Source: Mustelus asterias
Lineage: Eukaryota
DNA length: 64,000 nucleotides
Assembly (NCBI RefSeq): GCF_964213995.1
Contig: NW_027590210.1
Coordinates: forward strand, 248,001 to 312,000
Direction: 5' to 3'
Shown: in pieces, positions 33,501-48,800 of the stretch
Layout: each line of letters begins with the position of its first letter
How positions within the stretch are numbered: the stretch's first letter is position 1
Notes under the pieces: generated by a model
The model's database searches: none
What the model was told of the DNA's origin: nothing
The model's input: the letters and a program-made list of their open reading frames with translations, nothing else
Position numbers and translations under genes: made by a program

Positions 33501-36500
33501 NNNNNNNNNNNNNNNNNNNNNNNNNNNNNNNNNNNNNNNNNNNNNNNNNNNNNNNNNNNNNNNNNNNNNNNNNNNNNNNNNNNNNNNNNNNNNGAAGATT
33601 TGAGCTGTATCTAACCCTGTGCTGTACCTGTCCTGGGGCTGTTTGATGTGCACAATGTGGAGGTAGCCTTTCCTTTAATCTAGCACCATGCTGTATCTGT
33701 CATTGGATTATTTGATAGTGACAGTGTATCGGGAGCTTCACTCTGTATCTAAACCCTTGCTGTACCTGTCCTGGGAGTGTTTGATGGGGACAGTGTAGAG
33801 GGAGCTTTACTCTGTATCTAACCCCGTGCTGTACCTGTCCTGGGAGTGTTTGATGGGGACAGTGTAGAGGGAGCTTTACTCTGTATCTAATCCCGTGCTG
33901 TACCTGTCCTGGGAGTGTTTGATGGGGACAGTATAGAGGAAGCTTTACTCTGTATCTAACCCTGTGCTGTACCTGTCCTGGGAGTGTTTGATGGGGACAG
34001 TGTAGAGGGAGCTTCACTCTGTATCTAAACACGTGCTGTACCTGTCCTGGGAGTGTTTGATGGGGACAGTGTCGAGGGAGCTTTACTCTGTATCTAATCC
34101 CGTACTGTACCTGTCCTGGGCGGGTTTGTTGGGGACAGTGCAGAGGGAGCTTTACTCTGTATCTAATCCCGTGCTGTATCTGTCCTTGGTTTGTTTGATG
34201 GGGACAGTGTAGAGGGAGCTTTACTCTACATCTAACCCCGTGCTGTACCTGTCCTGGGACTGTTTGATGGGAACAGTGTAGAGGATGCTTTACTCTGTAT
34301 CTAACCCCGTGCTGTACCTGTCCTGGGAGTGTTTGATGGGAACAGTGTAGAGAGAGCTTTACTCTGTATCGAACTCTGTGCTGTACCTGTACCTTTCCTG
34401 GGAGTGTTGGATGGGAACAGTGTCGAGGGAGCTTTACTTTGCATCTAATCCCGTGATTCAGTTACTGATAGACTGTCGAGGAAGATCAGGTCACACACAT
34501 GCTCTCCTTACACACTCTCAGACACACACACACACACACACATGCTCTCTCTGTCTCTCACACACACATGCACTATCTCTTACGCACTCTCTCACTCACA
34601 CACATGCTCTTTCTCTCTCTCACACACACTTTCTCTCTCTCTCACACATTCTCTCTCACACACATTCTCTCACACACACTTTCACGCTCACACACTCTCA
34701 CGCATGCATTCTCTCTCATTGTCACACTCTCACACACATGCACTCAGTCTCTCACACACACATACACTCACTCTCTCACACACATACACTCTCTCTCTCA
34801 CACATAGACTCTCTCTCAAGCATATACTCTCTCCCACACACACACTCTCTCTCACGCACACACTCTCTCTCACACACACACTCTCTCTCTCACACACACT
34901 CTCTCTCTCACACACACACTCTCTCTCTCTCACACACTCTGCATTGCTCCCTCTCCCTATCTCTCTGTTACTCTCCATCGCTCCATCTCTCTCTCTCTCT
35001 CCCTCTCCCTCTCTATCCCTCTCATCCACCATGTTGTTTATCGTTAAGGGGTCTAATCACGGAGAATTCAAACACTCTTTCTGTTTCTGTCTTGGCAGAA
35101 TTAGCAACATTAGTGGATATTTCAAGACTGGATTCACACAATACAGACAGAACGCTGGTGAGCTCAGTACACGTGGTACCTGAATGTTACAATAAGATAG
35201 AATCTGTATTCAGACAACTGTCACCCCACAGGGTCCAAACTTCACCGTGTTAATTTGATTTGATTTGATTGATTTGTATTGGGATGCAGTGAGAAGTATT
35301 GTTTCTTGTGCGCTATCCAGACAAAACATTCCGTACATAGAGTGCACAGGGGAGAAGGAGAGGAAAGGGTGCAGAATATAGTGTTGCAGTTACCGATAGG
35401 GTGTAGAAAAAGATCAGCTCACACACACTCTCTCTTACACACTCTTAGACACACACATAATCTCACGCGCACACACGCTCTCTCTCTCTCACACACACAC
35501 ACTCTCTCACACTCTCAGACACACACATACTATCTCACACACACACACACACACACACTCTCACACACACACGCTCTCTCTCTCTCGCACACACACTCTC
35601 TCACACTCTCAGACANNNNNNNNNNNNNNNNNNNNNNNNNNNNNNNNNNNNNNNNNNNNNNNNNNNNNNNNNNNNNNNNNNNNNNNNNNNNNNNNNNNNN
35701 NNNNNNNNNNNNNNNNNNNNNNNNNNNNNNNNNNNNNNNNNNNNNNNNNNNNNNNNNNNNNNNNNNNNNNNNNNNNNNNNNNNNNNNNNNNNNNNNNNNN
35801 NNNNNNNNNNNNNNNNNNNNNNNNNNNNNNNNATACTATCTCACACACACACACACACACACACACACTTTCACACACACACGCTCTCTCTCTCTCGCAC
35901 ACACACTCTCTCACACTCTCAGNNNNNNNNNNNNNNNNNNNNNNNNNNNNNNNNNNNNNNNNNNNNNNNNNNNNNNNNNNNNNNNNNNNNNNNNNNNNNN
36001 NNNNNNNNNNNNNNNNNNNNNNNNNNNNNNNNNNNNNNNNNNNNNNNNNNNNNNNNNNNNNNNNNNNNNNNNNNNNNNNGTCTCCATCACACATTGTCTC
36101 TCTTTCTCACACTCTCCCTCTCACACACACACACAAACTCATATTCTCTCTCTCACACACACATTCTCTCTCACACACACAATGTGGAGGGAGATTTACG
36201 CTGTATCTCACCCGATGCTGTACCTGTCCTGGGTGTGTTTGATGTGGACGCAGCTTTTCCCTGCATCTATCCCCATGCTGTATCTGTCATTGGAATATTT
36301 GATTGTCATGATGTGGAGATTTGATAGTTATTTGATAGTGACAGTGTAGAGGGAGCTTTATCTGTATCTAACCCCGTGCTGTACCTGTCCTGGAAGTGTT
36401 TCATGGGGACAGTGACGAGGGAGCTTTACTCTGTATCTAACCCCGTGCTGTACCTGTCCTGGGTGTGTTTGATGGGAACAGTGCAGAGGGAGCTTTACTC

Positions 36501-37372
36501 TGTATCTAACCCCGTGCTGTACCTGTCCTGGGAGTGTTGGATGGGGACAGTGTAGAGAGAGCTTTACTCTGTATCGAACTCTGTGCTGTACCTGTACCTT
36601 TCCTGGGAGTGTTTGATGGGAACAGTGTCGAGGGAGCTTTACTTTGCATCTAATCCCGTGATTCAGTTACTGATAGACTGTAGAGGAAGATCAGGTCACA
36701 CACACACTCTCCTTACACACTCTCAGACACACACACACACACACACACTCAAACACACACACATGCTCTCTCTGTCTCTCACACACACATACACTATCTC
36801 TTACGCACTCTCTCACTCACACACATGCTCTTTCTCTCTGTCACACACACTCTTTCTCTCTCTCTCACACACTTTCTCACACACATTCTCTCACACACAC
36901 TTTCACCCATGCATTCTCTCTCACTGACACACTCTCACACACATGCACTCAGTCTCTCACACACACAGATACACTCACTCTCTCACACACATACACTCTC
37001 TCACACATACACTCTCTCTCAACCATATACTCTCTCTCTCGCACACACACACTCTCACACACACAATCACTCTCACACACACAATCACTCTCACACACAC
37101 ACTCTCTCTCTCGCACACACTCTCTCTCACACTCTCTCTCACACACACACTCTCTTTCTCACACACACACTCTTTCTCACACACACTCTCTCACACGCAC
37201 ACACTCTCTCACACACACACACATACTTTCTCACANNNNNNNNNNNNNNNNNNNNNNNNNNNNNNNNNNNNNNNNNNNNNNNNNNNNNNNNNNNNNNNNN
37301 NNNNNNNNNNNNNNNNNNNNNNNNNNNNNNNNNNNNNNNNNNNNNNNNNNNNNNNNNNNNNNNNNNNNNNNN

Positions 37373-40282
37373 AAGATTTGAGCTGGATCTAACCACGTGC
37401 TGTACCTGTCCTGGGTCTGTTTGATGTGCACAATGTGGAGGCAGCTTTTCCATTAATCTCGCACCATGCTGTATCTGTCATTGGATTATTTGATGGGGAC
37501 AGTGTATAGGGAGCTTCACTCTGTATCTCACCCCGTGCTGTACCTGTCCTGGGAGTGTTTGATGGGGACAGTGTCGAGGGAGCTTCAGTCTGTATCTAAA
37601 CCCGTGCTGTACATGTCCTGGGAGTGTTTGATGGGGATAGTGTAGAGGGAGCTTTACTCTATATCTAACCCTGTGCTGTACATGTCCTGGGAGTGTTTGA
37701 TGAGGACAGTGAAGTGGGAGCTTTACTCTATATCTAACCACTTGCTGTACCTGTGCTGGGAGTGTTTGATGGGGACAGTGTAGACGGAGATTTATTCTGT
37801 ATCTCACCCCGTGCTGTATCTGTTAGAACATAAGAACATAAGAAATAGGAGCAGGAGTAGGCCATCTAGCCCCTCGAGCCTGCCCCGCCATTCAATAAGA
37901 TCATGGCTGATCTGACGTGGATCAGTACCACTTACCCGCCTGATCCCCATAACCCTTAATTCCCTTACCGATCAGGAATCCATCCATCCGCGCTTTAAAC
38001 ATATTCAGCGAGGTAACCTCCACCACCTCAGCGGGCAGAGAATTCCAGAGATTCACCACCCTCTGGGAGAAGAAGTTCCTCCTCAACTCTGTCTTAAACC
38101 GACCCCCCTTTATTTTGAGGCTGTGTCCTCTAGTTTTAACTTCCTTACTAAGTGGAAAGAATCTCTCCGCCTCCACCCTATCCAGCCCCCGCATTATCTT
38201 ATAATATCTGTTCCGGGAGTGTTTGATGGGGACAGTGTAGAGGGAGATTTACACAGTATCTAACCCCATGCTGTAGCTGTCCTGGGAGTGTTTGATGGGG
38301 ACAGTGTCAAGGGAGCTTTACTCTATATCTAACCACTTGCTGTACCTGTCCTGGGAGTGTTTCATGGGGACAGTGAAGAGGGAGCTTTACTCTGTATCTA
38401 ACCCCGTGCTGTACCTGTCCTTGGTTTGTCTGATGGGGATATTGTAGAGGGAGCTTTACTCCATATCTAACCCCCTGCTGTATCTGTTCTTGGAGTGTTT
38501 GATGGGGATAGTGCAGAGGGAGCTTTTCTTTGTATCTAACCCATGCTGTGCCTGTCCTGGGAGTGTTTGATGGGGACAGTATCGAGGGAACTTTACTCTG
38601 TATCTAACCCCGTGCTGTACCTGTCCTGGGAGTCTTTGATGGGGACAGTGTCGAGGGAGCTTTACTCTATATCTAACCCCGTGCTGTACCTGTCCTTGGT
38701 TTGTCTGATGGGGATATTGTAGAGGGTGCTTTACTCCATATCTAACCCCCTGCTGTATCTGTTCTTGGAGTGTTTGATGGGGATAGTGCAGAGGGAGCTT
38801 TACTCTGTATCTAACCCATGCTGTCCCTGTCCTGGGAGTGTTTGATGGGAACAGTGTAGAGAGAGCTTTACTCTGTATCTAAACCCGTGCTGTACCTGTC
38901 CTGGGAGTGTTTGATGGGGACAGTGTCGAGCGAGCTTCACTCTGTATCTAAACCCGTGCTGTCCCTGTCCTGGGAGTGTTTGATGAGGACAGTGGAGAGG
39001 GAGCTTTACTCTGTATCTAACCCTGTGCTGTACCTGTCCTGGGAGTGTTTGATGGGGACAGTGTAGAGGGAGCTTTACTCTGTATCTAACCCCGTGTTGT
39101 ACCTGTCCTGGGAGTGTTTGATGGGGACAGTCTCGAGGGAGCTTTACTCTGTATCTAACCCCGTGCTGTACCTGTCCTGGGAGTGTTTGATGGGGGACAG
39201 TGTAGAGGGAGCTTTACTCTGTATCTAACCCCGTGCTGTACCTGTCCTGGGAGTGTTTGATGGGGACAGTGTAGAGGGAGCTTTACTCTGTATCTAACCC
39301 TGTGCTGTACCTGTCCTGGGAGTGTTTGATGGGGGAGAGTGTAGAGGGAGCTTTACTCTGTATCTAACCCCGTGCTGTACCTGTCCTGGGAGTGTTTGAT
39401 GGGGGACAGTGTAGAGGGAGCTTTACTCTGTATCTAACCCCGTGCTGTACCTGTCCTGGGAGTGTTTGATGGGGGACAGTGTAGAGGGAGCTTTACTCTG
39501 TATCTAACCCCGTGCTGTACCTGTCCTGGGAGTGTTTGATGGGGACAGTGTAGAGGGAGCTTTACTCTGTATCTAACCCTGTGCTGTACCTGTCCTGGGA
39601 GTGTTTGATGGGGGAGAGTGTAGAGGGAGCTTTACTCTGTATCTAACCCCGTGCTGTACCTGTCCTGGGAGTGTTTGATGGGGGACAGTGTAGAGGGAGC
39701 TTTACTCTGTATCTAACCCCGTGCTGTACCTGTCCTGGGAGTGTTTGATGGGGACAGTGTAGAGGGAGCTTTATTCTGTATCTAACCCTGTGCTGTACCT
39801 GTCCTGGGAGTGTTTGATGGGGACAGTCTCGAGGAAGCTTTACTCTGTCTCTAAACCCGTGCTGTACCTGTCCTGGGCGAGTTTGTTGGGGACAGTGCAG
39901 AGGGAGCTTTACTCTGTATCTAACCCCGTGCTGTATCTGTCCTTGGTTTGTTTGATGGGGACAGTGTAGAGGGAGCTTTACTCTATATCTAACCCCGTGC
40001 TGTATCTGTTCTGGGACGGTTTGATGGGGACAGTGTACAGTGAGCTTTAATCTGTATCTAACCCCGTGCTGTAACTGTCCTGGGAGTGTTTGATGGGGAC
40101 AGTGTAGTGGGAGCTTTACGCTGTCTCTAACCCCGTGCTGTATCTGTCCTGGGTGTGTTGGATGGGGACAGTGGAGAGAGAGCTTTACTCTGTATCGAAC
40201 TCTGTGCTGTACCTGTACCTTTCCTGGGTGTGTTTGATGGGAACAGTGTCAAGGGAGCTTTACTTTGCATCTAATCCCGTGA
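37373..40282. repeat. Long 69-bp minisatellite array with a homogenised core
   Basis: Near-identical 69-70-bp units at about 39.0-39.85 kb. Confidence 0.95.
37825..38204 (-). mobile_element. 380-bp CR1 3' end inserted in a 69-bp unit, 8-bp TSD TATCTGTT
   Basis: MRGLDRVEAERFFPL...TRGHSLKIKGGRFKTELRRNFFSQRVVNLWNSLP; (TTCTTATG)n tail; TSD at 37817-37824 and 38205-38212. Confidence 0.93.
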
Positions 40283-43200
40283 TTCAGTTACTGATAGACT
40301 GCCGAGGAAGATCAGGTCACACACACGCTCTCCTTACACACTCTCAGACACACACACACACACATACACACACGCTCTCTCTGCCTCTCACACACACATA
40401 CACTATCTGTTACGCACTCTCTCACTCACACACATGCTCTTTCTCTCTGTCACACACACTTTCTCTCTCTCACACACTTTCTCTCTCACACACACTTTCT
40501 CTCTCACACATTCTCTCACACACACTTTCACGCTCACACACTCTCACCCATGCATTCTCTCTCACTGACACACTCTCACACACATGCACTCAGTCTCTCA
40601 CACACACATACNNNNNNNNNNNNNNNNNNNNNNNNNNNNNNNNNNNNNNNNNNNNNNNNNNNNNNNNNNNNNNNNNNNNNNNNNNNNNNNNNNNNNNNNN
40701 NNNNNNNNNNNNNNNNNNNNNNNNNNNNNNNNNNNNNNNNNNNNNNNNNNNNNNNNNNNNNNNNNNNNNNNNNNNNNNNNNNNNNNNNNNNNNNNNNNNN
40801 NNNNNNNNNNNNNNNNNNNNCTCTCGCACACGGTCGCTCTCTCGCACACGGTCGCTCTCNNNNNNNNNNNNNNNNNNNNNNNNNNNNNNNNNNNNNNNNN
40901 NNNNNNNNNNNNNNNNNNNNNNNNNNNNNNNNNNNNNNNNNNNNNNNNNNNNNNNNNNNNNNNNNNNNNNNNNNNNNNNNNNNNNNNNNNNNNNNNNNNN
41001 NNNNNNNNNNNNNNNNNNNNNNNNNNNNNNNNNNNNNNNNNNNNNNNNNNNNNNNNNNNNNNNNNNNNNNNNNNNNNNNNNNNNNNNNNNNNNNNNNNNN
41101 NNNNNNNNNNNNNNNNNNNNNNNNNNNNNNNNNNNNNNNNNNNNNNNTCTCTCGCACACACACTCTCTCTCGCACACACTCTCTCTCTCTCACACACTCT
41201 CTCTCTCGCACACACTCTCTCTCTCGTACACACTCTCTCTCTCGCACACTCTCTCTCACACACACACACACTTTCTCTCTCACACACATTCTCTCACACA
41301 CACTTTCACGCTCACACACTCTCACCCATGCACTCTCTCTCACTGTCACACTCTCACACACATGCACTCAGTCTCACACACACACATACACTCACTCTCT
41401 CACACACATTCACTCTCTCTCACACACATACACTCTCTCNNNNNNNNNNNNNNNNNNNNNNNNNNNNNNNNNNNNNNNNNNNNNNNNNNNNNNNNNNNNN
41501 NNNNNNNNNNNNNNNNNNNNNNNNNNNNNNNNNNNNNNNNNNNNNNNNNNNNNNNNNNNNNNNNNNNNNNNNNACACTCTCTCACACGCACACACTCTCT
41601 CTCACGCACACTCTCTCTCTCACGCACACACTCTCTCACACACACGCTCTCTCACACACACTCTCTCTCGCACACACTCCCTCTCGCACACACTCCCTCT
41701 CGCACACACTCTCTCTCTCGCACACACTCTCTCTCTCGCACACACTCTCTCTCTCGCACACACTCTCTCTCTCGCACACACTCTCTCTCTCGCACACACA
41801 CTCTCGCACACACTCTCTCGCACACACTCTCTCTCTCGCACACACTCTCTCTCTCGCACACACTCTCTCTCGCACACACTCTCTCTCGCACACACTCTCT
41901 CTCGCANNNNNNNNNNNNNNNNNNNNNNNNNNNNNNNNNNNNNNNNNNNNNNNNNNNNNNNNNNNNNNNNNNNNNNNNNNNNNNNNNNNNNNNNNNNNNN
42001 NNNNNNNNNNNNNNNNNNNNNNNNNNNNNNNNNNNNNNNNNNNNNNNNNNNNNNNNNNNNNGAAGATTTGAGCTGTATCGAACCCCGTGCTGTACCTGTC
42101 CTGGGTGTGTTTGATGTGCACAATGTGGAGGCAGCTTTTCCTTTAATCTAGCACCATGCTGTATCTGTCATTGGTTTATTTGATAGTGACAGTGTATAGG
42201 GAGCTTCACTCTGTATCTAACCCCGTGCTGTACCTGTCCTGGGTGTGTTTGATGGGGACAGTGTCGAGGGAGCTTCACTCTGTATCAAAACCCATGCTGT
42301 ACCTGTCCTGGGAGTGTTTGATGGGGGACAGTATAGAGGGAGCTTTACTCTGTATCTAACCCTGGGCTGTACCTGTCCTCGGAGTGTTTGATGGGGACAG
42401 TGTAGAGGGAGCTTCACTCTGTATCTAAACACGTGCTGTACCTGTCCTGGGTGTGTTTGATGGGGGACAGTGTAGAGGGAGCTTTACTCTGTATCTAACC
42501 CCGTGCTGTATCTCTCCTGGAAGTGTTTTATGGGGACAGTGTAGAGCGAGCTTTTCTCTGTATCTTACCCTGTGCTGTCCCTGTCCTGCGAGTGTTTGAT
42601 GGGGGACAGTATAGAGGGACCTTTACTCTGTACTGAACCCCGTGCTGTATTTGTCCTGGGAGTGTTTAATGGGGACAGTGTCGAGGGAGCTATACTCTGT
42701 ACCTAACCCTGTGCTGTACCTGTCCTGGGAGTGATTGATGGGGACAGGACTTGGGGGACATTGGATTTTAGACAATGTTTAGGGTTTTCGACTTTTCGGA
42801 GTGAAATTCAGGAACACTTTGCCACACCAGGTGTGATATTAGTTTGGAACGACCTTCTATAATTCACAGTTGATACTCAGTCACTTATTAATGTTCAAAC
42901 CTGAAGTTGATAGATGGTATTTTACACACAGGAGAAGCAATTTAAAATCAATGGGTCAATGTTAAAATACTTGCAGGAACAGAGAGACCTGGGCTTTCAG
43001 TTCATTTTTACATCTTAAAGATTCAACCTGGGGCTCAGAATCTGTCAGTTGAATCTCCTTTTCCTGTCCCGAAAACGTGTCAACAATTGTGTTGGGGAAT
43101 GTGACAAAAGGTGACATTCCTGCATCCTGCACAGTGGGGTTGGGAGGTTGTTTGAAAGGAGATTCAGAAAGTGTCAATTAGATTGTGTCTCTTTGCAGAA

Positions 43201-44136
43201 GTTGAGTATTTCACAGGAGATGCCTTGAGATAAAGGAAAGTTTTACCAATGTCTGCGTAACTTTCAAAGTCTCCAGACGCATGAAGGGGGCAGAGATTTT
43301 GTAATATTCAGAGCAGGAGATGGGGGACAATCACAGAATTGAAGATGTGAGGCCATCTCTTGTTTCTGAATGTCAATCTGTAGCTTTTAAACTTTAGTCC
43401 TCGGCTAATCATTCCAAGTTTGCAATCCCACACTTTGCTGTTGTTAATTTTGAGTTGTAAATTTTCTGAAATTGATTCTGTAATAAAAATCCCTGCAGGA
43501 TGCAATGATTCCCATTCTGTCTGCTGCTGCAAAGCCCCAGTTTGTGTCTCAGTTTCACTCTTTATCAACCATTTAAGATCCAAGAGCCAGAGAATTCCTA
43601 CACTGCAGAATGAGGCCATTCAGCCCAACAAGCCTGCCCCGACAATAATCCCACCCAGGCCCGAATCCCCCTGACACTAAGGGGCAATTTAGCAAACGTG
43701 CAAACTCCACACAGACAGTCACTCGAGGCGGGGAATCGAACCCAGATCCCTGGCGCTGTGAGTCAGCAGTGCTAACCACTGTGCCACCGTGTCACCCGGT
43801 GATGAGACAGAACGTTTGCCAAAGTGCACAGAAATAGGCAGCATTGTCAGCATTTTAGCTGGAAGCTTCAAATGACAAAGGGATCTTAATAGTAGAGTCA
43901 CAGAATCCCTGCAGTGCAGAAGGAGACCATTCAGCCCATCGAGTCTGTACTGACTCTCTGGCACAGTATCTTACCAAGGCCCTTGACCCAGCCCTATCCC
44001 CGTAACCCCACACATTTACCTTAATCCACCGAACCTACACAGCTTTGGACAGGAAACGGCAATTTACCGTGTCCCATCCACAAATTTGGAAAATACTGGG
44101 ATGGATTGAGAAATGGTTTCCGGGCAGAAAACAGAG

Positions 44137-45825
44137 CTCAGATACAAATGGGCCCTTTGGCCCAACTTTTCCCTGCCACCCAGTTTTTACCATTAAGCTC
44201 GTATCAAATGCCTTGCGTTTGGCCCAAATCCCTCCATACCAATCTTACCAGAATAACTGTCTAAATGCTTTTTAAAATATAAAATTGTGTCCGCTTCTAC
44301 TCCGACCTCTGGCAGCTTGTTCCAATCCCTCACCACCCTCTGTGTGAAAAGAATTGCCCTCTGGACCCTCTCCCCTCTCACCTTAAACCTATGTCTTCTA
44401 GTTTTAGACTCCCCTCCCTTTTGGAAAAGATGTTGACGAGCTTATCAAAGAACAAAGAGAATTACAGCACAGGAACAGGCCCTTCGGCCCTCCAAGCCTG
44501 CACCAACCATGCTGCCCGACTGAACTAAAACCCCCTACCCTTCCGGGGACCATATCCCTCTATTCCCATCCTATTCATGTATTTGTCCAGACGTTCCGTA
44601 AAACTCACTATCGTATCTGCTTCCACTACCTCCCCCGGCAGCGAGTTCCAGGCACCCACCACCCTCTGTGTAAAAAAACGTGCCTTGTACATCTCCTTTA
44701 AACCTTGCCCCTCACACCTTAAACCTATGCCCCCTAGATTTTGAATCTTCCACCCTGGTAAAAAGCTTCTGACTATCCACTCTGTCCATGCCCCTCATAA
44801 TCTTGTAGAATTCTATCAGGTCGCCCCTCAACCTCCGTCGTTCCAGTGAGAACAAACCAAGTTTCTCCAATCTCTCCTCAGAGCTAATGCCCTCCATCCT
44901 AGGAAACATCCTGGTAAATCTTTTCTGAACCCTCTCCAAAGCCTCCACATCTTTCTGGTAGTGTGTCGATCAGAATTGAACACTATATTCCAAGTGCGGC
45001 CTAACTAAGGTTCGATAAAGCTGCTGTATCCATGCCCTCATTATTTTAGAGACCTCTATAAGAACACCACTAAGCCAACTCAAGGGAAAAAAGTCCCAGA
45101 GTATCCAGCCTCTCATTATAACTCAAACCATCAGGACCCCATAGCATCCCAGTAATTCTTTTCTGCACACTTTCGAGCTTAATAATCTCCTTTTTATAAG
45201 GGTGACCAGAACAATACACAGCATTCCAAGTGTGGTCTTACCAATGTCCTGTACAACTTCAACAAGACGTACCAACTCCTGTGTTCCATGTTCTGACCAA
45301 TGCAACCAAGCATGTGGAATGCCTTCTTCACCACTCTATCCACCTGTGACTCCACTTTCAAGGAGCTGTCAATCTGTACCCCGAGATCCCTTTGTTCTGT
45401 AACTCTCACCAACACCCTACCATTAACTGAGTAAGTCCTGTGTTGGTTCGATCCACCAAAATGTATCACCTTGCATTTATCGAAATTAAACTCCATCTGC
45501 CATTCAACAGCCCACTGGCCCAATTGATCAAGATCCCATTGCAACCCTAGATAACCTTCTTCACTGTCCACTATGCCACAAATCTTGGTGTCAACTGCAA
45601 ACTTACAAACCATGCCTCCTAAATTCTCATCCAAATCATTAATATAAATGACCAATAACAGTGGACCCAGCACCGATCCCTGAGGCACCCCGTTGGTCAC
45701 AGGCCTCCAGTTTGACCAAAAAAAACAACCCTCGACAACCACCCTCTGTCTTCTGTCATCAAGCCAATTTTATATCCATTTGGCTACCTCACCCTGGATC
45801 CCGTGAGATTTAACCAAATCCTGTC
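44137..45825 (-). mobile_element. Nested CR1 pair, copy 2
   Basis: ORFs 44193, 44712 and 45194 match copy 1. Confidence 0.92.
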
Positions 45826-48800
45826 TGCTTTTGTTTTTAAATGTTTACATGTTTAAACACTGAAACCTCTTGCCCTTGTTGGGAATATCAGTGCGGTTTG
45901 AGTAAAGCAAACACTGATTACACACTCAAAACCCCCCAACACAGGACTGAGCAGAGAGTGTGAAATGTGACTGGTGTGAGTGTGGATTGTCTTTTAAAAG
46001 TGGGTAAGAAACACTCCTCCATTTTCAAATCTTTACCTTGCTTCTGTAGCGTCTTGGACTCCCCTGACAGTAACGACCCATCTGAATTAATCTCTATTCC
46101 ACACTGTCTAACTGTTACTCTCTGCATTGCTCCCTCTCCCTATCTCTCTGTTACTCTCCATCGCTCCATCTCTCTCTCTTCCTCTCTCTCTCTCTATCCC
46201 TCTCATCCACCATGTTGTTTATCGTTAAGGGGTCTAATCACGGAGAATTCAAACACTCTTTCTGTTTCTGTCTTGGCAGAATTAGCAACATGAGTGGATA
46301 TTTCAAGACTGGATTCACCCAATACAGACAGAACGCTGGTGAGCTCAGTACACGTGGTACCTGAATGTTACAATAAGATAGAATCTGTATTCAGACAACT
46401 GTCACCCCACAGGGTCCAAACTTCACCGTGTTAATTTGATTTGATTTGATTGATTTGTATTGGGATGCAGTGAGAAGTATTGTTTCTTGTGCGCTATACA
46501 GACAAAACATTCTGTACATAGAGTGCACAGGGGAGAAGGAGAGGAAAGGGTGCAGAATATAGTGTTGCAGTTACTGATAGGGTGTAGAAAAAGATCAGCT
46601 CACACACACACACTCTCTCTTACACACTCTTAGACACACACATACTATCTCACACACACACACACACACACACTCTCACACACACAGGCTCTCTCTCTCT
46701 CGCACACACACTCTCTCACACTCTCAGACACACACATACTATCTCACACACACACTCTCTCTCACACACACACACGCTCTCTCTCTCACACACACACGCT
46801 CTCTCTCTCTCACACACACACACTCTCACGCTCTCAGACACACACATACTATCTCACACACACACACACACACTCTCACACACACACGCTCTCTCTCTCT
46901 CTCGCACACACACGCTCTCACACTCTCAGNNNNNNNNNNNNNNNNNNNNNNNNNNNNNNNNNNNNNNNNNNNNNNNNNNNNNNNNNNNNNNNNNNNNNNN
47001 NNNNNNNNNNNNNNNNNNNNNNNNNNNNNNNNNNNNNNNNNNNNNNNNNNNNNNNNNNNNNNNNNNNNNNNNNNNNNNNNNNNNNNNNGTCTCCATCACA
47101 CATTGTCTCTCTTTCTCACACTCTCCCTCTCACACACACACACAAACTCATATTCTCTCTCTCACACACACATTCTCTCTCACACACACAATGTAGAGGG
47201 AGATTTACACTGTATCTCACCCGATGCTGTACCTGTCCTGGGTGTGTTTGATGTGTAGGCAGCTTTTCCCTGTATCTATCCCCATGCTGTATCTGTCATT
47301 GGAATATTTGATTGTCATGATGTGGAGATTTGATAGTTATTTGATAGTGACAGTGTAGAGGGAGCTTTATCTGTATCTAACCCCGTGCTGTACCTGTCCT
47401 GGAAGTGTTTCATGGGGACAGTGACGAGGGAGCTTTACTCTGTATCTGACCCCGTGCTGTACCTGTCCTGGGTGTGTTTGATGGGAACAGTGCAGAGGGA
47501 GCTTTACTCTGTATCTAACCCCGTGCTGTACCTGTCCTGGGAGTGTTGGATGGGGACAGTGTAGAGAGAGCTTTACTTTGCATCTAATCCCGTGATTCAG
47601 TTACTGATAGACTGTAGAGGAAGATCAGGTCACACACACACTCTCCTTACACACTCTCAGACACACACACACACACACTCAAACACACACACATGCTCTC
47701 TCTGTCTCTCACACACACATACACTATCTCTTACGCACTCTCTCACTCACACACATGNNNNNNNNNNNNNNNNNNNNNNNNNNNNNNNNNNNNNNNNNNN
47801 NNNNNNNNNNNNNNNNNNNNNNNNNNNNNNNNNNNNNNNNNNNNNNNNNNNNNNNNNNNNNNNNNNNNNNNNNNNNNNNNNNNNNNNNNNNNNNNNNNNN
47901 NNNNNNNNNNNNNNNNNNNNNNNNNNNNNNNNNNNNNNNNNNNNNNNNNNNNNNNNNNNNNNNNNNNNNNNNNNNNNNNNNNNNNNNNNNNNNNNNNNNN
48001 NNNNNNNNNNNNNNNNAAGATTTGAGCTGTCTCGAACCCCGTGCTGTACCTGTCCTGGGTCTCTTTGATGTGCACAATGTGGAGGCAGCTTTTCCATTAA
48101 TCTAGCACCATGCTGTATCTGTCATTGGATTATTTGATGAGGACAGTGTATAGGGAGCTTCACTCTGTATCTCACCCCGTGCTGTACCTGTCCTGGGAGT
48201 GTTTGATGGGGACAGTGTCGAGGGAGCTTCACTCTGTATCTAAACCCGTGCTGTACATGTCCTGGGAGTGTTTGATGGGGATAGTGTAGAGGGAGCTTTA
48301 TCTGTATCTAACCCTGTGCTGTATATGTCCTGGGAGTGTTTGATGAGGACAGTGAAGTGGGAGCTTTACTCTATATCTAACCACTTGCTGTATCTGTCCT
48401 GGGAGTGTTTGATGGGGACAGTGTAGACGGAGATTTACTCTGTATCTCACCCCGTGCTGTATCTGTTCCGGGAGTGTTTGATGGGGACAGTGTCGAGGGA
48501 GATTTACACTGTATCTAACCCCATGCTGTCCCTGTCCTGTGAGTGTTTGATGCAGACAGTGTCGAGGGACCTTTACTCTGTATTGAACCCCGTGCTGTAT
48601 TTGCCCTGGGTGTGTTTAATGGGGACAGTGTCGAGGGAGCTTTACTCTGTACCTAACCCCGTGCTGTACCTGTCCTGGGGGTTTTTTTGGTGGGGACAGG
48701 ACTTGAGGGACATTGGATTTTCGACAATGTTTAGGGTTTTAGACTTTTCGGAGTGAAATTCAGGAACACTTTGCCACACCAGGTGTGATATTAGTTTGGA

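Noticed and set aside
38200-40280. CRISPR-like regular repeats
   Set aside because: Head-to-tail units with no unique spacers, in a vertebrate genome.
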